Assembly (NCBI GenBank): GCA_965153455.1
Contig: OZ234493.1
Span: forward strand, 4,526,001-4,590,000
Source of the DNA: Sphagnum compactum
Taxonomy: Eukaryota
Length of the DNA: 64,000 nt
Reading direction: 5' to 3'
Position numbers and translations under genes: made by a program. Under the pieces are notes generated by a model. That model was given only the letters and a program-made list of their open reading frames with translations. It did not search any database and was not told where the DNA came from. How positions within the stretch are numbered: position 1 is the stretch's first letter; the number at the start of each line of letters is the position of its first letter. Positions 1 through 10,904 of the stretch are shown here, in pieces.

Positions 1-2692
1 AATTTCAATGTTAATGACTTCATTATATCATCAAGATTCAAGAATTAGGTGTCATGGTAGCAATGTTTTTCATACTGAAAAGTGAAATTCAAAATTAACA
101 AAAAAGCAATTTTGAAGGTTTTTAGTCCTCAGAAGGGAAAAAACTTGTGATTTGTATATAAACTTGGTTTTCATTGTGTAGCCAAAAATATAGAAGGATA
201 ATTATACAATCAGATAAATCACATAATTAAACTTTGTTGGGAACATGACATCAAGCGATTATTTTTTAATTAAAAGAAATCCTAGCAATAAAACTTTTTA
301 TACTAGCAAATCATCATATATTGTCACTTCAACAAATTCACACATATCCAACTTTCAATTACAGTGCTAAACTACATCAAATAGTGTGAAAAATCTGATC
401 AAGACATTTGACACTTTTCAATATACCATCACCTCTAATGTGGCAACTCTTTGATTATTTGTCAGCAAAGAATGCACTGCAATTGGAGTAGTTCATATAG
501 ATTTCAACGGAACGCTTGCAAAGAAATATGCTATTGCCTTTGAACTTTCATCTTTGCACTATATGCTTTTAACAAGCAGCTCATCACATAATGGCTTTTC
601 CCATTAGGAAAGCTCAAACCCATGGCTTTTCCCCATTAGGCAAGCTCAAACCAGCAACAACTAACATAGGAACTGTTCCATGAAGTTCCCAAAAAATGAA
701 CTCGTAGTTCACAGTAACACCTGGTGAACATCCCTCAAAATGTGGGACCAAATGAACACTTCATTACATTAAGGTCTGGGGTGGCAGATAATGTCATTTT
801 CTTGACCAAAACATATGACATAATTTTCCTGTGATGGTCATACACTCATCATAACAGTGAACAAAATCTCTGTTGAATATGACCTTTGGAAACAAATTGT
901 TGAATCTGCCACCCGGTCTAAATGTCATGGAATGGTCTCAAACTTGCCCATTATGTTGGGTGCATCACCCAGCTCACCCTAATGGGCTCAACTAACACCT
1001 TACCCAACATAATGGGCAGGGGCTTGAACATGCATCAGAATTTTCAACTCATTATATTAAACCTAAAAAAGCACTGAAATACAAACCTACCACTTATGAT
1101 AGATATTCAGACATTGATATTGTCAGATACATATGTATAAGATCTCACAAGAAGTTTAATAAAATTTGGAAAACTGATTAATAATTCTATGATTGCACCT
1201 AAAATTGAATATATGAGTTCTTTTTCCTTCAATTCAAAAGTCATTTGACTTGGGATACACTATAATCGAGTAGGACATAAAGAAAACTGCACTGTGAAAT
1301 CCATTTATGTACACTCTGGCTTGCAAATGCCATTATGAAGGAGATAGTACCTTGGCAGGACGAAGAGGCTATCATTCTCCTTGATTTCAGTTCATGTTCA
1401 TCAATTGGATCTTCAGCTAAAACCCAAAAAACAGCAACATATCCAAATTCGACATATAAACTCACTGACCCCCCTCTTTCAGCAGCAGGAAATCAATATC
1501 ACATGTTGTGAAATAGTGACAAACCCACATGTGGCCCAAAGATGTAACAGGTCACACTATATCCAATTGTCCAAGAATGAAAAACAGAACATATTGCACA
1601 TAACTATCTGCCGGATTCCTTGTGACCAGTCAGGGTCCTGGTAGAGTACAGAAGTTGGGTACCACATCATCAAAAGATAGGCCGAAACAGGGGTCTGTGG
1701 AACTTAAGTTCTTGGCTCCTTGCTGGGACAGTTTGCCAAATGCATGAGACAGACTCCAACAGACATTACTCTGACATGACAGACTAACATCAATAGTTGC
1801 CACTGCTGAGTTGACAAGCTGCAGAGCAGAAACACAGTTCTAGCTACCAAAACAAATCAGAATTTACTTAGTGGAGCCAAGCACAAAATCTAAAATAAAC
1901 AGAATCAATAAAACATGACCTTTATTGTTCAGCACTCAACAGGAGGTAAACCTGAGGGGTTCTGAACTCCAGGAGGATGTGAGGTGTGCACTGTGCACCT
2001 GTTGAAGGTGGTTATTTTGTCCAACTCTAGGTAATCTTTCATTAGCTTGGGAAGTGCCCTTCTTTCTCAAGATCATCATTAACAATAATGACACTACAAT
2101 CAGAAGAAAGTGCAACAAGTCCGATTCATTGCTTTCAGGGTTTCCAACCAACCTTGTAATAAGAATGACGAGTAAGCTTCCACACACCTCACTATAGATC
2201 AGACTGCTCAGCAGCAGAAGCTCTTAGTGGTATTTCACCTCTCCATAGGAAAGATGGGGAAATGGACTCCAAAATATAGACATGTATACAAAATACAGCA
2301 TGGTGGTATGCTACACAGGAATTCAGAACTTCTATCCTTAAACCCAAGAATTCAGACCAGTTTGTTTACCTAAAGTCTGAAGATTGGGTGAAGCACTCTT
2401 TTCAGACTCCATTTGCTCCTGCAACTGCTCCATCCCCACCTTGAGAAATTCAACCTGTTGTGCAACGCCTAGGGGATGCTTGCATCGAGCTACACTTCAG
2501 TCATTTGCCAAACTAGGTTGTCATCACTGCAAGCTGTCTGTTGACCTGAAGCATGACTCCTAATTTCCAATTAAGGGAACTGCAAGTTGAAGAAGATCTA
2601 GCTGACTTGCTGATGCTGACAGACTGTGACCTAGGCCTTGAGCTTAGAGACTGAAGCATGCTCCAAATCTATTATTGCAGCAGAGACAAACT

Positions 2693-3981
2693 CTACTTGA
2701 CACATTGGAAGCCCTTGCAGATGCCAAGCCAGATTGCAAACAAGATTGCACAGACAACAGCATCAAGAATCAGAACCAGCTTCACATTGTTCCACCACAT
2801 GCGGTGAGCATGAAGCCTTGCACTCCTACTCTTTTGCAGATGGTGGGTTGCTTCTGGTGTGGAAACACCTTCCACCATGACCTCAAGTTTCTGACCCTTC
2901 TCCAATACCTTGCCACTGTTCTCCATCATAATCTCCTTCACCTCAATTACCTGCACAAGGTTGTCAACTGACTGTCAACTGGGTCTTACTTGTAAGAAAA
3001 CCATCTGACACATGACCATGTAATTCAGAAAATCCAGCTATGTCAAGCATACTATGATTTGTTTCAAACCTCAGCCCGCATTAGAGTGTTTGGTTCTGCA
3101 ACACACATCACTCTCCTCAAATTTTAAGAAATATTTCCATAGGCCAAAACACAACAAAGGAATCCATAAGCAGATGGACTAAGTCATCAGTCCCTCATGA
3201 CCAAGATAACTCCAGAAAACACAGTGAGAAGAACAGAATCTTCTTTTTGATGTATGGAGGCAACAACTCTCTCCTTCAAAATAACAAGCTGAATAGTCTT
3301 AGATATGGAGCCTTCAACTGTACACAGTTTACTCACCTGATCCTTGACCTTTTTCTTGTCTGCCTTCCCTCCTTTCCCTCTTAAGGGTGAGAATCGAAAT
3401 CTCCTCTCTGACTTCTTCTCAGAAGCTCGTTCATGCTCTACCCGCTTGTGATTGTGATTGACATTGTGGTCAGATATGGAGACTTCAGGTTGCCCAGAAT
3501 GTATGTATGTATCATCCTCATACTCTCCATTCTGTTGTGCTAGAAGTTCCTCTTCAATTCGGTCAACCTCCTTCTGCGGCACACCTACAAATGGTGCAAT
3601 AAGACGCCTAAAAACAGTAGAAAATATATCTGTCAAGCAATAAGGTTCCAGCCCCTGTCCATCCTGCCGCATCCCCTGGTCATGCATCATCATTTTGAAC
3701 TCATCCCTCACATCCTCCAGTAATGCAAAAGCTTTGTATTTGGTCAGAGCTTCATCAACAATGGCACAATAGGTGAATGGTTCTTCAATAATACAGCTGA
3801 ATATTTTCCTCTTGATCGTGTATGTGAAGCGGCTATGAAAAGCCGGCACTTTCTCCAGGCATTGTGCAGCAACCAGTGCCAGGTCCATACTATCAGCTCT
3901 GTGCTCTGCCACTATCATTGTGCCCTTAGACACCGAGGCATAGTAAACCAGATTGGTAATGGAGCCCACTGCCAGTCCCAT
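2693..3981 (-). CDS. Phytolongin / VAMP7-like longin-domain membrane protein, 2 coding exons (3981-3337, 2950-2693), ~300 aa
   Basis: ATG at 3981 (MGLAVGSITNLVYYASVSKG...CLEKVPAFHSRFTYTIKRKIFSCIIEEPFTYCAIVDE, a longin domain of the phytolongin type). GT donor at 3336 (CAG|GTGAG) and AG acceptor at 2951 (TGCAG|GTA) join KVKDQ to VIEVKEIMMENSGKVLEKG in phase 0. C-terminal TM segment VLILDAVVCAILFAIWLGICKGFQC, then TAG at 2693-2695. Probable 5'UTR intron ~4307-4520. Confidence 0.9.
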
Positions 3982-6900
3982 TCCCAAACCTCCTCAGCTT
4001 GCCTGAATCTTTGGATACCCCTTTCTGTCTTATTAATGACAATCCAGATCCTTCCCCTGTTTCCTTGCATATGAATCAGGTCGATGCAGATCCCCCTATC
4101 TCAAACCGTGACACTCAACAGTGAGCCTAATGAGATACACTCCTAAGGTAACGCCAGTTTTCTACACCAAGGATCTGGTTTTTTTCTGCTTCTTACTCAG
4201 CACTTTTTTGCAGCACATCCAATACTTGCGATCATCTGTGATGATGAGAGCCTACACAACAAGCCTCTAACGTTAGTCGATCTTCACCTTTCTGAACATC
4301 ACCTGACTGCAAATAAAACAAAATTTAGGTTGATGTCCTTGCTGTCTCACAACCAAATTGGAAATCGAAAAAAAGCTCCTGCTAATCCTTGAAGAAATCT
4401 GAAACAATAGCCGGAACATTGCGTGCGTTGTTCCCGGGGATAAATAAGTAGAATGGAAGAAAGGCGAACTGACAACCTGATACCAAACGCACTTCACAAT
4501 AAGAAACAAACGCGTTTTACCCTAAGAAAAGAAAGAAGAAACAAGACTTCAAGAGCAGTCCCGCAAGCCATCGTGCTTCTTAAGAAACCATCTTTCTCCG
4601 CACATCCTCCTAACCCCAGGCTACTCCTTCTCCTAGCAATCCGCTTGTGAAAAGAAAGCGAAGAAATCCAGACCAGAACCTCCACGAAAGAAAGCTCAGA
4701 AAAGAGAAAAGAAAGAAAGAAAGACCGACCTCAAAAAAGACGCCGAGCACAACTTTGCGGAAACAGGATGATCACGCTACCGAAAACGGCGGCACGCGAA
4801 GAAGAAGAAGAAGAGCAGCGCTGCAAAGAGAAGGAGGACATCATTGTCGTCGCACAGGACAACACCGGGGGCCCAAGAGTTTATAAGCTAGAAAGAAAAT
4901 GGCATAGAGAAAACAAGGGGCAAAAAAGGATCGGTGCGAAGAGGAATTCCGAAGCAACCCGGATTGCATCACAAGTCGCTGCAAATGCAAATGGAAGCGA
5001 GCGAGCGAGAGAGCGACTAAAACACACTTTGTTCCGGTATTGCAAGCGACTGACTGCACTCGTCAGGAGAGACGGAAATCGAACGGACGGACGCACTGGG
5101 AAGACGAACTAAACAAAACTCAGTCAGAAATGAACGGGTCTCTAATTGCCATCCGACGGCTCAAAACCGGAGTGCATATCTTATCGAACGATAGAAGCTA
5201 TGGGGGGAGAATTGAACTAACTGGCTAACAAGTCGGTAGCCATACCATATATGAAAGTTTTTTTATTAAAAAAATGCAAAGGATCCTTCTATATTCTTAG
5301 CTATGTAATGGAACTTATAATTAAAATCTGGTCACTTGGAATTTTATTTTATTTTATTTTATTTTGTTTTATTCAAAATCTGGCGAATTTGAGCCATTTT
5401 TTCCGATGAAAAAAGTCCTTTGTGTATAGGTCAAAATCATAGTTTTCAAATCAAAATTTGATGAAAATTTGCCAGTTTAAAAAAAAAATTCGCTGGACTG
5501 TAGGAGTATGAATTCGCAAGCACCAGGAAATATGGAAAGGTTGAAATTTCAGTCCCACATAAATTGTACATGCGACCAAAAGAGAAACTAAGCTCACTCA
5601 AGGAAGGGATCCAATATCATCCAAAATCTAGAAACTCAAGTTGAACAATGGAAGCTATGTTGGGAGGGGGTGGGGAAGGTCGAAGTCAATGAATAACAAG
5701 TCAATAAACTCATTAGCAATCCAAAATTAGGTCTAGGAGAAGGATTGGTCTTGAGGTTGGTCATTCCAAGTTTCAAGGTGCTCAGGATGACTTAGTTAGC
5801 GAGTGAGTTCGTAAGCACCTAGAAACGTGGGAAGATTGAAATTTCGGTCCCATGTAAGAGCATCTCTACCGATGCTCAGGATGAGTGAGGTTCATCAATC
5901 CCATCCGGCGAAAATTCACTGGAAGCCTGCTGGGACCCTGGTGGAAAAATGCACAGCTTTCCGAGCCCTCGGAGGCGCTCAGGAGCAGTCTAATCAACAC
6001 AGTCAAATCTTGACTGCTCCCTGTTTCTGATTGGGTAAATAGTTTGATTGGTCCAAGTGGGGTTGTTGCTACTAGTAGTGTACCACCTACTTGTTTCAAT
6101 CTCAGTTTCAGTTTTATGGGTGAGGTTGGAAAAAAGTTAGTAAGTAAAACTTGGATGTGAGAAATATATGTTTGCAGAGTCACATATTGAGCTTTTGGTG
6201 GTGGAAATGCTCCAAATTGTGCGTGCAACCAAAAGACCAGCCGTTCTCTTATGAGAAGACCATGACTTTACATCATTTTTTTATTGTTTTTTTTTTTCTC
6301 TCTCTCTCTCTCTCTCTCTTTCTTGTCATTTCAAATTGAAGAGGGTATGGTGTCTTCCTAAATGTAGGTAAGATTCGTCTTCCATGACTAAAGATTTCTT
6401 TGAAAATATTCTATCTGACTATGGACGACAAATAACAAAGGAAAAAAAATCTTAAGGTATTTTACACTCTCTCTTAGTTATGGATTTATTTATTACATAG
6501 GTAGAATCCTTAAAAGGAAACCAATAGACTACAGTGTAATTAACTAGGGACAGCTTTCTTTTTTTATTTTCCTTTTCTCCGTCTTTTTTATTTATTTTCT
6601 GCTCTTTCCTTTACCTGCGCTTCCTATCCAACACTAAAAAGAAAGGTCAAGGTACAAGAGCAACAAAAATGGTCTGTATACCGTACTTTGGATGAAGTAC
6701 ATCCTTCAAATGGGTATAACCAGACCTTCTCTAAGGCCAAAATTTTACCTTCCATTAACTAGGGTAGGGTATCAATATTTTTGATCTCCCAATTCCAATA
6801 CATATTTCAAGTCCCTGGGTGTGTGCACATTAGGGCTAGTAGGTTCAACCTTAGACATTGCTAGAGCCCAAAACTCGGCCTTCAAGTCATGCTAGGGCCC

Positions 6901-7125
6901 TGGATTCACCATGGACGATGAGGTATCTTACATTAATGGGCTTGCCTAGGAGCTTGCCGGGGCCTGAAATTCACCTTGGATGATGAGTCATCTTATATTA
7001 AGGGGCTCACTTTAAAACGCGTTCAGGCCGAAAATTTGTTCTGGATGACCAAAAATGTATATACGTTAAGAGGGTCACCAAGGGGCATGCTAGGGCCCAG
7101 TATGGATTCACCCTGGATGACTAAT

Positions 7126-7432
7126 TATGGAAAATTTTTAATTCACACCTTTTTTGATTAAATTCACACCCTTCGCGCGTCCGATTTTATGCAGATTCAA
7201 CTTTAAGAGTATGTTCCTTTATCAGTTCCATTACTTCTGCGGGCAAGTTCTTGAGTTGTGCCCTGATTGACCACAGACCCCACACTTGCGTCCTTCCACA
7301 TATTCAAAGTGAGACTTGGGGTGAGGCAGACACACTCAAATTTAATCTGCATATAATCGGACGCGCGAAGAAAGGGTGTGAATTTAACCAAAAAAGGTGT
7401 GAATTTAAAATTTTCTCTAATTATTTTCCATA
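7126..7432. mobile_element. MITE-like element with ~75-80 bp terminal inverted repeats
   Basis: AATTCACACCTTTTTTGATTAAATTCACACCCTTCGCGCGTCCGATTTTATGCAGATT (~7140-7198) is the near-perfect reverse complement of AATCTGCATATAATCGGACGCGCGAAG..GGGTGTGAATTTAACCAAAAAAGGTGTGAATT (~7344-7405). Outer ends TGGAAAAT / ATTTTCCA are each flanked by TA. No coding capacity. Confidence 0.7.
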
Positions 7433-8533
7433 AAGCACCAGACCCTGCTACCATCCAATGCACCAGACCAGTTGGACCAGACCAGTTTCGGTTGTCAAAA
7501 GGGACTAGGGTGTTCTTAGGAAGGGCTATTAGTCGAGGCCAAAAATAGTGGCAGCCATTTGACTGCTGCAAATGAGGAGTCGTCATCACCTGTCAGCAGA
7601 TGGTACTTGTTAGAAGAAAAGGAAGACGTCCAGAACTCTACTTACTGCCCTGAAAAAAGTCTCTCTTGAGGTGCCAACCAAGGCTGACCCAAAATGGGTT
7701 CATGAAAGTGCATGTGGGTGTACCCTCCTCAGTACACAGCTTCTTTTTTTGCTTTTAGGTCCACTACCAATCAATAGGTATGATTCTGATTTTCTTTTTG
7801 GGTGAGCAAAGTGCAGAGGTGACAAAATAAACAAAGTAGCTCAACCACGAAAGGCTCTGTCCTGAAATAATATATTACATTTATAAATGTATTATGAACT
7901 CATGGGATAAGAGTTTGTTGACTTTACTACCAAGGATTTTGAATTTTTTTAAAAATAATTTTGTAGTAAGAATTTTTTTTAACCCTTTTAACATTCAATT
8001 TGCATACTTGAAAATTCCAACCATAGTTTCCATTTCTTTTTTCTTTAACCATACAAATGACTATAAAGTTGTAAATAATAATATTGTGTCAAAATTCAAT
8101 TCAAGTTTTTCCAAAAAACAGTTCAAACATTCTATCGTAATGTGCACAAGCTAAAATTAAATATTTAGATGTTTGAGACAAACATTAATAATGAATGGAT
8201 ATCATTTAGATGAAAAGAGTTTGGAAAGTTATTCATTTAATTTTTAGTCTCATTTCATTTTCAAATTTAAAATTTTGACATCTCTTGTAATTTTTGTTGT
8301 CACATTTTGGCTTTAGGATTTTCCACGAAAGGTGTTCTGTTTTTGTGCTTGATGGGTGAACATGTGGATAAAAAAACATCCAATTTTTTTTTCATATTGT
8401 GATTGATAATAGTGATTTTTTGTTTGCACATGGTCCATGAAAACTAATATAAATAAATAAATTTAGGCCACAAGGTGCCACCATTTTGGATGTCACTAAT
8501 TAAATGAAAAATGCAACATTCATACATTGCACT

Positions 8534-10880
8534 TTAAAGAAATGGAAACGATAATGGTTTTTTGTTATATATTGGAAGTGCATTTGGTAATTTGAATGCA
8601 ATATAAATCGGTTTGTGAAATCTAGCCAATATGTTTTTGTTACACCATATCATTCATTTATGGGGACATTTGCTCATGGTCTAGTTGAGATCCAACTTTT
8701 GTGGTGTTTTCACTAAATTGTGATTTTAATTTGAACTTATCCATTAAATTCAATAGTTCTTGTTTTTTTTCCATGGTTGTTGTCTTTTAGAATGTCAACA
8801 TTAAAATCTCCCATTATGATGATTGGACAATGTTCAAGAAAATGTTGAATTATAATTTGAAGCTTGTTTAGGAATGTAAAAATTGAACATGAATGAGCCC
8901 TATACATACATACAATATGTATTAATTTTTGTGTATTAATATTAAAAAATATTAGTATATATTCTGAACCATCATTAGTTTTTGTTTTAAAAGAATCTAA
9001 GTGCATGCGTATGTCATACAACATCATTAACCCATGACCATGATGGATTGAAATATATGTAAACTTCGATTAATTTATAAATTTGTGCACATCTATGGTG
9101 TATTTTTGTTTCTATAAGACATAAAATATGAGACACTTGAAGGTTATGATCATGGTTGATGTCTTCATAATGTTGGCGTAAAGAATTTGTTTTCAAAGCT
9201 TGTATAATTACATGAAAATTATGTAATTTTTTAATTGAAGAATTAATGGTGTCCAAGTCATAATTGTTTTCAATCTATTCAATTTTATATGTATTCTTGG
9301 ATCCACATTAAAAAATTCATGTTGGAAAGGAATTAACAAAAGTAAATTTTCTTTTGTTCAGATGTGGGATAATGTTGTATATGTTAACCCATGTTTTTAA
9401 AACATCAGTAGAATCAAAAGCCAATTTATCTAATGATAATCCTTGAGAATGAATGGGTGTAAGTTGAATTGGAATTTGAATCCTTATTATGATAATACCA
9501 ACTCTTATATCTTTGATGATAGGTTCAATTGGTGTCCATTTTGATTTGATGTTGTTGTTGTAATAATGATTGTATTTTTCTCTTGTCAATGTTCCAATTT
9601 TAAAATTTTGAAACATTATCCATATGATGGTTTTGTCACAATATGTTGTTGATGATTTTAAAAATGTTATGAACTCCATTCACAAGACCATCATACATTG
9701 CATAATTACCAACATATATATTCTTATTTGAATTTTCAAATGCAAACCTATAGTTTTTTTTGGATCATTTTAAAATTTGTAAGATGGTGAACATGGTTGA
9801 TGATCAATACCCATTGCTTTGAAATTAAATGTGGGGCCTAATGTATTATTGAACACACGTTCATTGCTTTTTGTACAAGTTTATTTATATAAAATAAATA
9901 TGGAATATTAAGATTGTTGGGTGGTTGTCAATTACAAAATGAATTTATAAATTGAATATCTTTGTATTTTTTGGTTACAGTGCAAAATTTGTTCAAAGTT
10001 TTTATGAAAACCATGTTAGATTACCACATAACTATATTTAATTCATAACATTAGACATACATTTACCAAAAAGTTAGTGCTAATGCATTAACATTATCTT
10101 TGATATTTTGAAAGATCCAACTATCATAATTCACACGAGGTGTTTAATAAAAATCACATGTCATGATAACATCCACACCACTGAAGAATTTGTTTTGAAT
10201 ACATTTTATGGACCTTAACTTATTATCTATAACATTCAACATTCTAGCACCAACAAATGATATTTTATTTATCACAACAAGTTGTAATTGTTCATATCGG
10301 CATGTAAACCTATTTGATGAATTTGTTGATAAGTTTGATAAACTGGATAAGGATTGTTGGACAAGTATGTTCAATGTTGAATGTATTGTTAAACCATCAG
10401 TATTGAAGGTAGCTTCACCTATTGATGCCATAAGTAAAACCTTGGTTTTTGTTAAGTCAAAAGATATGTTTTTATTATATAATCGTAATAATCTTTGAAT
10501 TATATATTTCAATGTAAAAGTTCTACTAGTTCCAACACCCCCTGTAAAAAATAAACAAATTGGTATATCAAGGTATAATTATTTTTTATACATCATGTTA
10601 TCAAATATTAATCTTTTTTTTTCATTTAATTGTCTAAGCAAACTACGATATTCAAACTTTTTCCATCATCGTAGAATATGAAGATTATGTGAAAATTTCA
10701 TCTAATAAAGTTTGTGATTTCTAATTTGATACATCACGTGATTGAATCACAAAGTCAAATCATAAATCATAATGTTCAATATTGATTATGTTTATAATAG
10801 GATTACATGACATGAATCATTTACTTCATTATTTATGTCATCATTCCAAATGTAATTAGATGCAATGGTTTTGATTTTGA
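8534..10880 (-). mobile_element. Degenerate Helitron/Helentron RepHel 3' part: PIF1-family helicase followed by AP (EEP-family) endonuclease
   Basis: Helicase motifs: ICLFFTGGVGTSRTF (Walker A, ~10515-10560), GLTIHSTL, LVVINKISFV (degenerate DEISMV), FFSGVDVIMTCDFY, RIQIPIQL..IHSQGLSL (~9440-9490). Endonuclease motifs: SHILCLIETK, IVCMYR, PIIIMGDFNVDIL, GSQLDH, YWLDFHKPIY (~8600). Many stops and frameshifts. Confidence 0.85.
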
Positions 10881-10904
10881 ATATATTGAATCATTCATTT
10901 CTTT

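Noticed and set aside
1241-2200. Exon-like minus-strand segments (e.g. 1351-1416 with AG/GT borders) and short ORFs
   Set aside because: No recognisable protein and no consistent frame. They may be 3'UTR or non-coding exons and cannot be resolved without transcripts.
4453-5228. Cluster of overlapping ORFs upstream of the phytolongin gene
   Set aside because: They derive from GAA repeats and purine-rich UTR/promoter sequence and resemble no protein I recognise.
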